Part shown: positions 41,663 to 51,309 of the stretch, piece after piece
Layout of the letters: every line of letters starts with the position of its first letter
Position numbering within the stretch: position 1 is the first letter of the stretch
Source of the DNA: an archaeon
Lineage (GTDB): Archaea > Nanobdellota > Nanobdellia > Pacearchaeales > GW2011-AR1
Assembly: GCA_038121585.1 (NCBI GenBank)
Contig: JAYONY010000001.1
Coordinates: 201,903 to 265,902, forward strand
Direction: 5' to 3'
DNA length: 64,000 bases
Notes under the pieces: generated by a model
The model's database searches: none
The model's input: the letters and a program-made list of their open reading frames with translations, nothing else
Told to the model about the DNA's origin: nothing
Position numbers and translations under genes: made by a program

Positions 41663-42706
41663 ATGAAAAGAGTAATGCAGAATGTTAAAAATCTAGAGCA
41701 TTATTTCTTTAATGTCGTTATTATTTGGTGTGCGATTATTTTCTTTCGTACAAATACATTTTATAGTAGGTTTCTTCGTAGCGATACACAATCAATTCTC
41801 CTTGTTATTGCTATTGCCTATTCCATTCTAGGACTAGCTTATTACCTATACATTCCCCCTTCTAAAAACACGCAAAGTAAGGGTTCGCTTATTGCTCGTG
41901 CGATTAGTCGCACAAGCCATGATAGCGCAAAATATCTTGCATTTCTATTTTCTAAAAAGAAACATCCACTGCCAAAGATTTCTAAACAGGAAAAAACAGC
42001 GTTTCTGTTTATTGCTGTTAAAGTGTTTTTCTTACCGTTAATGCTTAACTTCTTTCTAAATAACTATTTTGCAATTAAGAATAGCATTGTGAATAATGCT
42101 GCTAATATCCATTCCCTATTTACAATTGCAGGTTTTAACGGTTCCTTATTTCCATTACTGCTCTCTGCTATTTTCTTGTTTGATACTGCCTGGTTTGCGT
42201 TTGGGTACTTGTTTGAATCAAAACGTTTGAAGAATACAGTGCGTTCTGTTGAACCAACCGTACTTGGTTGGGTTGCCGCACTTATTTGTTACCCCCCGTT
42301 TAATGGCATGCTCACAGGCTACGTTAATTGGTATGCGAATGATTATATTATTTTTTTCAATGATGGTTTCACATTTGTGATGAGAATATGCATTCTACTG
42401 CTTCTAGGAATTTATCTTTCCGCAACGTTTGCGCTCGGTGCGAAATGCTCAAATCTTACAAATCGAGGTATTGTGTCTCGCGGACCGTACAAGTATGTTC
42501 GCCACCCCGCATACATTGCTAAAAATACTGCGTGGTGGTTAACACTCATTCCTATTTTCTCATGGGCTGCAGTTCTAAGCATGAGTGTTTGGTCAACTAT
42601 TTACCATGTACGTGCGGTTACTGAAGAACGTCATTTGAGCAACGACCCAGACTACAGGGAATACAAGAAGAAAGTGAAGTATCGCTATATTCCATTTGTC
42701 TACTAG
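41663..42706 (+). CDS. Membrane methyltransferase, ICMT/PEMT-like
   Basis: 347 aa, multi-pass. C-terminal RGPYKYVRHPAYIAKNTAWW..EERHL is typical of the isoprenylcysteine carboxyl / phospholipid methyltransferase family. Confidence 0.6.
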   Translation: MKRVMQNVKNLEHYFFNVVIIWCAIIFFRTNTFYSRFLRSDTQSILLVIAIAYSILGLAYYLYIPPSKNTQSKGSLIARAISRTSHDSAKYLAFLFSKKKHPLPKISKQEKTAFLFIAVKVFFLPLMLNFFLNNYFAIKNSIVNNAANIHSLFTIAGFNGSLFPLLLSAIFLFDTAWFAFGYLFESKRLKNTVRSVEPTVLGWVAALICYPPFNGMLTGYVNWYANDYIIFFNDGFTFVMRICILLLLGIYLSATFALGAKCSNLTNRGIVSRGPYKYVRHPAYIAKNTAWWLTLIPIFSWAAVLSMSVWSTIYHVRAVTEERHLSNDPDYREYKKKVKYRYIPFVY

Positions 42707-42742
42707 CACAATGTTTAAAAAACAAGAACTACAAGTCCTTCC

Positions 42743-43243
42743 ATGAATAAAGAACGAACACTGGTTCTCGTTAAACCTGATGGGGTAAAGCGTAATTTAA
42801 TTGGTAAAATCATTTCCCGTTTTGAAGATGCAGGTCTTAAAATTATTGGCATGAAAATGCTCTGGGCAGATGATGAAAAGTCAGGGACGCATTACAAGCA
42901 AGATATTGCGGATAAATATGGTGAAGAAATCCGTAATCGATTACTCAAATACATTAAGTCAGGCCCAATTATTGCTATGGTACTTGAAGGTGTTGATGCT
43001 ATTAAGAACGTGCGAAAGATTGTTGGAGCAACGTATCCGAGTGAATCAGCTCCTGGAACGATTCGTGGTGATTTCGCCCATATTTCAAAAGACTATGCGA
43101 ATGCATTAAATCTTGATGTTAAAAACTTAATTCACGCGTCTGGTGACAAGGAAGATGCAGCACATGAAGTGCCTATTTGGTTTACTGATGAAGAGCTGCA
43201 CTCCTACAAAACAGTGCATGACATCATGTGTTTTGATGAGTAA
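42743..43243 (+). CDS. ndk: Nucleoside diphosphate kinase
   Basis: 166 aa. ERTLVLVKPDGVKRNLIG, GATYP..PGTIRGDF and NLIHASG motifs. Confidence 0.9.
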   Translation: MNKERTLVLVKPDGVKRNLIGKIISRFEDAGLKIIGMKMLWADDEKSGTHYKQDIADKYGEEIRNRLLKYIKSGPIIAMVLEGVDAIKNVRKIVGATYPSESAPGTIRGDFAHISKDYANALNLDVKNLIHASGDKEDAAHEVPIWFTDEELHSYKTVHDIMCFDE

Positions 43244-43289
43244 AGCACAATAATTCTTATAAGCAATACCAGCTTACAGTCATTATCCG

Positions 43290-43781
43290 ATGACTATGAA
43301 GCGAATCAACAGGGGTGGTGAGAGTAACAAAAAGAAATATTTAGCCCATTGTCCCGAGTGGGGCTATGCATCTCGAAGAGTTGAAGAACAAATTGGTGCT
43401 AGCGGTCTAGAAGCCATTCCAGAGTTTAAGTTTAGCCCTGATTCTAAAAAAGGATATCGTGAACGAATAAATTATTTAGGAGAAGCGTGGAAAGAAAAAT
43501 CTTCACAAATCGAAGACATTATTAATGCGGTGTATCATGATGAACCAGAATTTACGTTTGATCATAAACCAAGCACTATGCGAGGATTTTACGAACGATT
43601 AGGCGCTTTATCACATCATGCGCGTAGTACAAGGATTCGTTCGAGCGGAAGAATTCAAAAGTTAGAAAAAGATTTGAGTCGGGCAATTACAAAAATCAAG
43701 GACATAAACGATAATATTTACGGGAAAAATATTGAAACTGAAGACTTTGACACTAAGTACGACCCTGACGAAGAAGACTAA
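43290..43781 (+). CDS. Hypothetical protein
   Basis: 163 aa charged soluble ORF. No family recognised. Confidence 0.45.
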   Translation: MTMKRINRGGESNKKKYLAHCPEWGYASRRVEEQIGASGLEAIPEFKFSPDSKKGYRERINYLGEAWKEKSSQIEDIINAVYHDEPEFTFDHKPSTMRGFYERLGALSHHARSTRIRSSGRIQKLEKDLSRAITKIKDINDNIYGKNIETEDFDTKYDPDEED

Positions 43782-43812
43782 CTCTTAAAAACCCACTATT
43801 GCTAGATTTCAC

Positions 43813-43884
43813 GTTCCCGTAGTTTAGTGGATAGAATACAACCTTGCGGAGGTTGGGACCGGAGTTCGATTCTCCGCGGGAACG
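43813..43884 (+). tRNA. tRNA-Arg (anticodon GCG)
   Basis: Hand-folded. Acceptor GTTCCCG/CGGGAAC. Anticodon arm CAACC-TTGCGGA-GGTTG. T arm CGGAG-TTCGATT-CTCCG. Confidence 0.85.
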
Positions 43885-43890
43885 TTGTAC

Positions 43891-44478
43891 CTATACAAGT
43901 TCCCCTTCTATCAGAATAAAACTATTTTGTTCTGCTAAACAATTTACATATTTTACAAATGATAGCGTATCTTCGTTTGTTTGCACAAAGCATAATCCGT
44001 TATGATCCGGCACAATTATTTGTGCATCACCTTCTTGCGGAAATACGAGTTGCCCACCCCATGCAGGATTCCATTCTACGATTGAAGTATCAAATAAAAA
44101 ATAATAGAATCGTGCTGTTCCAGTATGTGTTTGTTGCTCTGCATCGTGCAAAAGGGTATAATCGCCATGTGCAAATCTTCGAACACTCAATTTTCCTAAT
44201 TTGACATCGTTCCCAATGACTCCAGAGGCATATTTTGTGAATGCAGATGTTGAAAAGACATCTTGTATGACATTTGTAGTGCATTTGCCATATGAGTAGC
44301 GGTCTGGAATGCATTGTTTTTCCCATTCCGCCCCTTTCAGACTCTTTTCAAGTAAAAACAGAGTATCTTGTTCTAAAAACGTAGGTAGCCATAGAATACC
44401 TGCATTGCAAAAATGAGAACATTGTACAGTAACTGATTCGTTGACACTATAGTCTTTGTTAATATTCAATGTACCCAC
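43891..44478 (-). CDS. 2OG-Fe(II) oxygenase-like protein (divergent paralogue)
   Basis: 195 aa. YTLLHDAEQ (HxD-like) .. GGQLVF resembles the upstream gene. 13-nt overlap with it. Confidence 0.45.
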   Translation of the reverse strand: MGTLNINKDYSVNESVTVQCSHFCNAGILWLPTFLEQDTLFLLEKSLKGAEWEKQCIPDRYSYGKCTTNVIQDVFSTSAFTKYASGVIGNDVKLGKLSVRRFAHGDYTLLHDAEQQTHTGTARFYYFLFDTSIVEWNPAWGGQLVFPQEGDAQIIVPDHNGLCFVQTNEDTLSFVKYVNCLAEQNSFILIEGELV

Positions 44479-45089
44479 CCCCCGCCCGCATACCGTTCTT
44501 TAGTAGACTTGAGCACTTCAGCAACCCTATGAAAGCTTTTTGTACTTACTGCAAACAAAAGGAGGGTTCCAAAGCGAGGGGGGTAGGCCATTGCGACTTC
44601 ACCGGGCTGCCCATCGCCTCGAGTTTCGTGTAATTGGAATGCTCCGCCATCGTTCTGTTCAAAATCATCTCCTAAATACAATAAATACGCAATTTTTCGA
44701 TCTGCAATGCGGTCATCATGACACAATAAATAATCTGTTTGCTGATACAAACTACCAAATACATCTACTGCACCTGCCTTTACTCCAATGCCCGTTATTG
44801 CCGTAACGAATTGTGCAAAGTCTTGTGATGCGAGCACAGCGTAATAATCTTTGAGTGCTCCTGACCGAACACCAACTAAATCAGATGTTTGTGCGAATGA
44901 GAATAAGTCAGCTTCTTTAGTTTCAAACGACATCTGTTTCAAACTATCAGCAAGTACTTTCGCACGATCGGTTTTTAGAAATTCAGGAATAACGACATGT
45001 TCAAATGGTTCCCCACTGCGAAATGCATGTAACAATTGCGTTTGCTTGTGTTCGTCAAGTACAGTATTATTTACAAAATCTCGAAACAT
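44466..45089 (-). CDS. 2OG-Fe(II) oxygenase (prolyl hydroxylase/Tpa1-Ofd1-like)
   Basis: 207 aa. LLCHDDRIADRKIAYLLYL (HxD), DGGAFQL and SFHRV motifs. Confidence 0.65.
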   Translation of the reverse strand: MFRDFVNNTVLDEHKQTQLLHAFRSGEPFEHVVIPEFLKTDRAKVLADSLKQMSFETKEADLFSFAQTSDLVGVRSGALKDYYAVLASQDFAQFVTAITGIGVKAGAVDVFGSLYQQTDYLLCHDDRIADRKIAYLLYLGDDFEQNDGGAFQLHETRGDGQPGEVAMAYPPRFGTLLLFAVSTKSFHRVAEVLKSTKERYAGGGWVH

Positions 45090-45121
45090 GAAACTAGAAG
45101 AAGTAAGTAATTAGTTAAGTC

Positions 45122-46135
45122 TTACGTATCACGCACTCCGCCTTCTTGTAGTGCGAAGATTGCTTCGTTGTCAGGTAAGTTTGGACTATCAATTAATTTT
45201 GCAACTCGACTTCCTGCCTTTCCTCGTCGCAAATACATTCGATAGGTGCTTGCATGTCCAACAATATTTCCACCAATAGCTGTTGTCGGGTCCCCAAACA
45301 TCATTGCAGGGTTTGCCATGACTTGATTTGTTACATAGACTGCGATATTATGTTGCTCTGCAAGTTTCATTAAGTCATGTAAGTAGCGATTGAGTTTCTG
45401 TTGCCGATCTGCTAACTGCCCTCGACCTGAAAATTCTGCTCGAAAATGTGCTGTTAATGAATCAACGATTAGCAATTTGATTGGTTCACCATCCTTAACG
45501 AGTTCTCCGACTTTATCTAAGAGCAATATTTGATGGTCTGAGTTAAACGCACGAGCAATTAAGATATTTTTCAAGACTTTTTCAGGATTTGCACCGATTG
45601 AATCTGCAATTTGCCGAATTCTATCTGGCCGAAACGTTCCTTCAGTATCAATATACACTGCTTTTCCATTTGCCCCTCCAGCGTTTTTAGGTAATTGTAC
45701 ATTAACAGCCAAGGTAAGTGCTAACTGAGTCTTTCCCGAACCAAATGCACCGTATGCTTCAGTGATTGCACGTGATTCAATACCCTTACCACCAAGCAAG
45801 TCATTCAAAGAAGTACTGCCGGTTGTAATATACAATACATCAGATCGACGTTTTGCAAATTCAGCCCCATCAGTGAACCCGAGTTTCATCATGGTTCGAG
45901 CTGCCTGAATTGCTTTGCGCGCAACCGCAGTCCCTACACCTGCGAGTTCAGATAATGCTGATGGGCTCATAACTGCAAGACCCATGAGATCATACACGCC
46001 AGCTGCTTCAAGCTTTGATGCTATGCCTGGACCAATACCTGGAATATCAGTTAATGTAGGTTCTGCTTCTTCAGTTTTTTCTGCATCTGCTTTGGAAGTA
46101 GATTCAGCTGCCTTCACCTTAGTAGTTGCTGCCAT
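45122..46135 (-). CDS. radA: DNA repair and recombination protein RadA
   Basis: 337 aa. HhH N-domain [15 protein letters not shown]. Walker [10 protein letters not shown]. Walker B LLIVDS. Confidence 0.95.
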   Translation of the reverse strand: MAATTKVKAAESTSKADAEKTEEAEPTLTDIPGIGPGIASKLEAAGVYDLMGLAVMSPSALSELAGVGTAVARKAIQAARTMMKLGFTDGAEFAKRRSDVLYITTGSTSLNDLLGGKGIESRAITEAYGAFGSGKTQLALTLAVNVQLPKNAGGANGKAVYIDTEGTFRPDRIRQIADSIGANPEKVLKNILIARAFNSDHQILLLDKVGELVKDGEPIKLLIVDSLTAHFRAEFSGRGQLADRQQKLNRYLHDLMKLAEQHNIAVYVTNQVMANPAMMFGDPTTAIGGNIVGHASTYRMYLRRGKAGSRVAKLIDSPNLPDNEAIFALQEGGVRDT

Positions 46136-46236
46136 GATTATTTCGTATTGGTGGCGCTATATAAAGTTTGTAGTTATGCGACGGTTATATTCGACGGTTT
46201 GAAATACTTACAACAATAAAACTGTTTCTTACAATT

Positions 46237-46689
46237 TCATATAAAGAATAACCGAAGCACTGCTAAAATTCCTAAGATTATAAACACGAAGAACACGAGT
46301 TGCTCCGTCGTTCCACCAGTGCGTACTTTTCCTTTAGCTTGTTCTTGCAATGGCCAAAAGGGTTTGATACCGTCAATCGTCCATGCGTCAGCGAGTAAAT
46401 GTAAGCTGTACCCTAGAAAAAACGGAAATGCAATTACAGGTATAAAATACGCAAAAATGAGGGATAGCGCAATACAGACCGTTAAGCTATGAAGTGCTCC
46501 GCGATGCTTAAAGAATAATTGTATGGGGCGAAAGATAGCGCGCTTGCCCATGGTTGAAAATCCGCTATCAATATCAGGTAGCATGCTCGCAATAAGCACG
46601 ACTGGAATAAACACGAGCTTGTTTTCTACGTATGGTAGAAAAAAGAACATGGCAAACACTCCGATAGCAATATGTGTCCTTCCCTGCAT
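46237..46689 (-). CDS. Membrane-bound metal-dependent hydrolase (YdjM/DUF457-like)
   Basis: 150 aa. GRTHIAIG, DIDS, HRGALHS and LHLLADAWT motifs. Confidence 0.65.
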   Translation of the reverse strand: MQGRTHIAIGVFAMFFFLPYVENKLVFIPVVLIASMLPDIDSGFSTMGKRAIFRPIQLFFKHRGALHSLTVCIALSLIFAYFIPVIAFPFFLGYSLHLLADAWTIDGIKPFWPLQEQAKGKVRTGGTTEQLVFFVFIILGILAVLRLFFI

Positions 46690-46720
46690 ACTAAACTATC
46701 AAGTTTGTGAGATATAAAGA

Positions 46721-47317
46721 TTATGCCCTAACGTCTTTTACGTATAAGACACTACCTGAAGCTTCGGCCTCTGGATGCGCTTTCCATTCAGGATTGTACG
46801 TTTCAACATTTTGTCTAAAACCATGATGCTCCCAAAAACGAGCTTCTCGTTCACTCGCAGGTCGGCCCATTGCATGAAGGGTTACAAGATGATCTGTCTG
46901 CGGATCTGCTTTCGCTCGTGCAGCAACATACTCGATTAGTTGGCCTGATAGTCCTCGTGAGCGGTGCGGTTGTGCAACGGCAACCCCGGTAACATACAGC
47001 ACATCACCTTCTAATTTAACCCACCCATTACGCGGATCATGGTCTGCTTGCGGCATTTCTTTGCCAAGGTCAAGATATTCTATACGTTCAAGCCCTGCAA
47101 ATCCTGCGATGCGATCATCAAGTGTTGTAGCAACAACAATAGACGTTGGATCAGCAGTATGGAGTGCTCGGTAATGACGATACCCTTCCTCCTGCCAGGT
47201 TGTATCACTCAATCCTTGCACGGGAGCAACGTCACGCACTCGTGCGTCATGAAGGCGGTAGGTCGTTGAAGTGGAAGAATCAGAATCTGCGAGCGAAATA
47301 TGTGTTTCACCCTTCAT
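46721..47317 (-). CDS. GNAT family N-acetyltransferase
   Basis: 198 aa. VAVAQPHRSRGLSGQLIEYV acetyl-CoA-binding motif. Confidence 0.65.
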   Translation of the reverse strand: MKGETHISLADSDSSTSTTYRLHDARVRDVAPVQGLSDTTWQEEGYRHYRALHTADPTSIVVATTLDDRIAGFAGLERIEYLDLGKEMPQADHDPRNGWVKLEGDVLYVTGVAVAQPHRSRGLSGQLIEYVAARAKADPQTDHLVTLHAMGRPASEREARFWEHHGFRQNVETYNPEWKAHPEAEASGSVLYVKDVRA

Positions 47318-48204
47318 TGCTTAGCCTCTAGTTCTGCTAAGAGTGCTGTAACGTCAACTTCTTCAACACCGTTCACCGTCATTTCAATACGATTAAAGAA
47401 TGTGTTCATCCTAAAGTTTCCTTTGAACACTTTTTCCTCACCGATAAGATCTGCTTTTTTCTTTCCGAATTGTTCAACATCAAAAATTTCTTCATCTGTT
47501 AAGCCAAGTTTGTTGATTTGTTCCCCAAATGCAACAGCACGCATGGTATCAGTCCCATCATCTAACACAAAATTAAGGAGTGCGCGTTTATCACCTGTTT
47601 TTTTATCATTGAAGTATTTTGGATCAAACGTTTGGACAATGACTGCTCGAGTAGCTATTTGCGCTCCTGCTTGTGCTTCAGCAAGTGTTCCTGCAGAGAC
47701 TGTTTCAGTCGTTTTCACTTCACCCTCAACTGCCTCCTTACTTTGACCAATATCTGAGAAACTTGACAAGTGTAATTCGTTATTACGTACTGATGCATTA
47801 GCTATTTGTACCACATCACCGACCTTAAGTTTTTCATTTTCTATAAGGGCAATATGATTCACGTCCCATAATACTACTCGTACATTAGCAGTTGCATCAC
47901 CAAGTTGCAAACTACCAATTTTTCCTTCGCGATCATTTTTCTTATACTCTCGAACAGGCAAAATTTCAGTCACCTTACCAACCACATTCGCTTTGCGCAT
48001 CCCATGTACAAGTTCAGATAATTTCAACCGTTCCTGTTCAAAACTAATGCCCAGTTCTGCAGCAACGATTTGTGCAGCCCCTTCTTTTGAGATAAGACCC
48101 GATAATTTAGCTCGTTTTGCCTCTACTTTGCGAATGACCTCTTCTTCGGCGATGTCAGCTGCTCGCGCAACTCGAGCAACTAAACTCTCATAATTATTCC
48201 CCAT
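47314..48204 (-). CDS. rpa: Replication protein A-like single-stranded DNA-binding protein (OB folds)
   Basis: Start moved to ATG 48204 (MGNNYESLVARVARAADI..). This removes the overlap with the divergent gene and sits about 30 nt from a CTTTTAAAG motif on the minus strand. OB-fold repeats. Confidence 0.7.
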   Translation of the reverse strand: MGNNYESLVARVARAADIAEEEVIRKVEAKRAKLSGLISKEGAAQIVAAELGISFEQERLKLSELVHGMRKANVVGKVTEILPVREYKKNDREGKIGSLQLGDATANVRVVLWDVNHIALIENEKLKVGDVVQIANASVRNNELHLSSFSDIGQSKEAVEGEVKTTETVSAGTLAEAQAGAQIATRAVIVQTFDPKYFNDKKTGDKRALLNFVLDDGTDTMRAVAFGEQINKLGLTDEEIFDVEQFGKKKADLIGEEKVFKGNFRMNTFFNRIEMTVNGVEEVDVTALLAELEAKQ

Positions 48205-48287
48205 GTCCAAGTGGAGTCTCGCCTGCTTTAAAAGAATTGTTGTCGTGCCGATATCGACTAAACGATTATAAACTAAAATGACCCTTA

Positions 48288-49790
48288 TTGAGTATGAAAA
48301 GAGGGGCAATTCATCTCGCATTACTTGTTATCGTGCTTGTCGGAGCAGGCATTACCTTACAAACTGTTGGTAGAGCACAAGGAGTGACCCCTCCGCCAGC
48401 TTGGATTTCACTTGATAATATCCGAGTGCTAATAAGCATTGAGCCCCACAGTGTTGACGGAAATAATAACGGGGTTGTTGATAGATGCGAAACAATGACA
48501 TATGATCCTGCAAGTGTATCAGGCCCATATGTATTGGGTGCTAGCAGTCCAAGCCACAGTATTAGCGAGGTAAGCGTTACTGCTGAAGAATTTATACCTG
48601 TTGATGATAATGAAAATGGATTTTTCGATGTGGGAGAAATCATTGATCAAGGCCAAGGAGTTGATCAAGGTGGCCAGATAATTCAAGGTAACTGGTTCCA
48701 TACATTTCTTGATATTGCTGGTGGATTAACAGGTACTGATGCAGTTAACACCCATGTAGATGATTTAGGATGGCCTGATCGATGTGATTGTATTTTAGAA
48801 GAACGCGATACTGATCCACGTAATTGTGGCGATTGTGGAATTGTTTGCCCGTTCTGGGCCCCTATTTGCGACGGCGGAGAATGTCGTGAGGCTGCTCCAG
48901 CAGAACCCGTACCCCAAGACAACGGCCCTGTATGTGGTGATCAAATTATTGAGGGTGCGGAAGTGTGTGACCCCCCAGGCCGTGGATGGGCTGGGCCCGG
49001 AGGAGACTCTAATGGGTGTCCGCCAAATCAAGTTTGTGCTGATGATTGCTCCTCTTGTGGAAATACAATCCTCTTATGTGGCGATGGAGTTGTCACGTTC
49101 CCTGAAGAATGTGAAGGACCTGGCCGTGTTGCGGGAGGAGTAAATAGATTTGGTGAATCATACCCTAATTTAAACGCATATGGAGATACGTGCCCTTTCG
49201 CTGCTTGTGGCAATGATTGTCGATGCCTACTATTACCCCCAGGAGGGTATTACGACCCTACAGGAAATCCCGGACCTGGAAATGATTGGATACCACCGCC
49301 ACAACCAGGCGTTCCATGGCCTGACCCTCCAGGGTCGCCAGGTCAGCCAGCAGGAGAGGCTGAATGTGGAGATGGTGCCTGGTCATGGGGCGAACAATGT
49401 GACCCATCAGCACAACCACCTGGAGACAATGGACATTGCGCATACTATCAAGAATGTACCCAGGATTGTGTTTGTTCAAACAGATTCCCTGCATATGAGC
49501 AAGCAGCCATTGATCCAACATTCGGAACATACCCTCCAGCACCAGCAGGTAGCAACTTAGAAGGAGAATACCTAACAGGCAACATTCCTAACTACGGATG
49601 GAACTGGCCTTCTCCTATAGAGCCCCCAATAGCCACTCCAGAATGCGGAGATGGTTTCTGGAAAACTGGAACGCCTGAAGAATGCGACGCATCAGCACCC
49701 GGAGGAACAGTGCCTTGTGGAGACGGCAATGCTTGTTTAGCAGATTGTACTTGTGAGGGAGGAGTTATCATCGGACCGCCAGGCGGATAA
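48288..49790 (+). CDS. Secreted Cys-rich protein with four CGDG..(E)ECD repeats
   Basis: 500 aa. N-terminus MSMKRGAIHLALLVIVLVGAGI. Repeats VCGDQIIEGAEVCDPPG, LCGDGVVTFPEECEGPG, ECGDGAWSWGEQCDPS and ECGDGFWKTGTPEECDAS resemble the Myxococcus-type cysteine-rich repeat. Confidence 0.7.
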   Translation: MSMKRGAIHLALLVIVLVGAGITLQTVGRAQGVTPPPAWISLDNIRVLISIEPHSVDGNNNGVVDRCETMTYDPASVSGPYVLGASSPSHSISEVSVTAEEFIPVDDNENGFFDVGEIIDQGQGVDQGGQIIQGNWFHTFLDIAGGLTGTDAVNTHVDDLGWPDRCDCILEERDTDPRNCGDCGIVCPFWAPICDGGECREAAPAEPVPQDNGPVCGDQIIEGAEVCDPPGRGWAGPGGDSNGCPPNQVCADDCSSCGNTILLCGDGVVTFPEECEGPGRVAGGVNRFGESYPNLNAYGDTCPFAACGNDCRCLLLPPGGYYDPTGNPGPGNDWIPPPQPGVPWPDPPGSPGQPAGEAECGDGAWSWGEQCDPSAQPPGDNGHCAYYQECTQDCVCSNRFPAYEQAAIDPTFGTYPPAPAGSNLEGEYLTGNIPNYGWNWPSPIEPPIATPECGDGFWKTGTPEECDASAPGGTVPCGDGNACLADCTCEGGVIIGPPGG

Positions 49791-49870
49791 CTACCACAGC
49801 CTTTAAACCTAAAGTGAGACGATAATCGAACGAAGGTCTAAAGGTTGCAACACTACCGCAACCTTTAAAA
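49791..49870. promoter_or_regulatory. Three copies (two direct, one inverted) of the promoter motif in one intergenic region
   Basis: CTACCACAGCCTTTAAACC (49791-49809). Inverted TCTAAAGGTTGCAACAC (49838-49854). CTACCGCAACCTTTAAAAC (49853-49871). ATG of ef1b is at 49896. Confidence 0.55.
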
Positions 49871-49895
49871 CTACCCTATAACTAACCAATCTACG

Positions 49896-50171
49896 ATGGG
49901 AGCTACAGCAGCAGTCATTCTTAAAATCATGCCGGACGCACCGGACGCTGATTTAGAAGCGATTAAGAAAAAAGCGAAGGAAGTACTTGAGAGTGAAGGC
50001 GCTCAAAACATTAGTTTTGAAGAAGAGCCTGTTGCGTTCGGTCTGAAAGCGATTATGATGAAGATGGCGTGGCCTGAGGAAAAATCAACGGATATTATTG
50101 AAGAAAAAGCTGCTGGAGTAGATAATGTTTCTTCAGCACAAATCGCTGATTATCGCCGAGCGTTTGGATAA
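49896..50171 (+). CDS. ef1b: Elongation factor 1-beta (aEF-1beta)
   Basis: 91 aa. VILKIMPDAPDADLEAIKKK ... EEEPVAFGLKAI ... pattern of aEF-1beta. Confidence 0.85.
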   Translation: MGATAAVILKIMPDAPDADLEAIKKKAKEVLESEGAQNISFEEEPVAFGLKAIMMKMAWPEEKSTDIIEEKAAGVDNVSSAQIADYRRAFG

Positions 50172-50181
50172 AGAGCACTAA

Positions 50182-50637
50182 TTATCCGACTAAACCTTTT
50201 CTTTTTGCACGTTCTTTTCGAGCTTCTTCTGCTGCTTCATTCATTGCTGCTGTTCGACGTTCCATTTCTGCAGGATCTAGATTTGCTGTTTCAATATCAT
50301 CAGGAACAACTCGTTTTGTAGTGTATGCTTTTCTTCCACTACTACGCGCAGGTATAGCACGTGCTTGACCGAACTCGCCTCGTATGCTTTCTAAGTGGGT
50401 GTAAATATCATTCATGCTAGGGTCGCGTTTTCGAGTTACACATTCATCAAATCGATCTATGAGCGCACCGTACGCTTGACGTTGTGATTCGAGAGGTAAA
50501 TCATCGAAGCGATCGACTATTTCACTGATCATTGGCTCTCGTTGTGCTTTGGGAAAATCAATAAAGTGCTTGGAGAAATACGTGCGAATCTGTCGTTCGT
50601 AATGAGCGCCTGATGACATACCAGTATAGGAAATCAA
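50182..50637 (-). CDS. Hypothetical protein
   Basis: 151 aa charged soluble ORF. No family recognised. Confidence 0.45.
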   Translation of the reverse strand: MISYTGMSSGAHYERQIRTYFSKHFIDFPKAQREPMISEIVDRFDDLPLESQRQAYGALIDRFDECVTRKRDPSMNDIYTHLESIRGEFGQARAIPARSSGRKAYTTKRVVPDDIETANLDPAEMERRTAAMNEAAEEARKERAKRKGLVG

Positions 50638-50700
50638 TCATATTTAAGATTACTGTCAGAGTACCGATAACCCCTTAAACTCGTGTGTGTTTACGTATAC

Positions 50701-51309
50701 ATGACACTTACTGATGAACAAATTGCTGAGGCTAAGAAACAATTGTCTGAGCAAATAGCACACTTGCCTGATGATCAAAAAGCTCAGGCACAGCAACAGA
50801 TTGATAGTATGAGCCCTGAGGCGATTGAAAAGATGGTTGCAGAGCAAGCGCAGGGAAATTCCCAACAAGTGTTTCGATTAATTGTACAAGGTAAAATCCC
50901 TGCGAAGGTAATTGCAGATATTGATGATGCGATTGCAGTGCTTTCTACTAAATCAATTTCTAAAGGGCACTCAGTGATAATTCCTAAAACTGCAGTTACT
51001 AAGTCTTCTGATATGCCAGCGAGTGTGTTTGAACTTGCGAAAGTGATTTCTGCGAAAGTAATTGAGGTGTTGCAAGCGCATGGTTCTGAGATTCAAACAC
51101 AATTTGCATTTGGTGAATTAGTAGTGCATGTTATTCCAGTATTTGATAAGCCAGTTTCTATTAATTCTCAACCGACTGATGCTGATGAGAAGGAGCTTGA
51201 GGAATTAGCTAAGAAGCTGTTTATTCCTGCTGCTAAAAAAGAACCTGACATAATTACCCAGCCTGAGAAGGATGAGACAGTGTTCAAATTACGTCGTAAA
51301 GTTCCTTAG
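50701..51309 (+). CDS. HIT-like protein with a degenerate histidine triad and a helical N-terminal extension
   Basis: Start at ATG 50701. GHSVIIPK and GELVVHVIPVF align to the HIT GHxLVIPK / HxHxHxIP motifs, but only one His of the triad is retained. Confidence 0.5.
   Translation: MTLTDEQIAEAKKQLSEQIAHLPDDQKAQAQQQIDSMSPEAIEKMVAEQAQGNSQQVFRLIVQGKIPAKVIADIDDAIAVLSTKSISKGHSVIIPKTAVTKSSDMPASVFELAKVISAKVIEVLQAHGSEIQTQFAFGELVVHVIPVFDKPVSINSQPTDADEKELEELAKKLFIPAAKKEPDIITQPEKDETVFKLRRKVP

Noticed and set aside
47300-47746. 148 aa plus-strand ORF
   Set aside because: It is antisense to the RPA-like OB-fold gene. It is Ser-rich and low-complexity.
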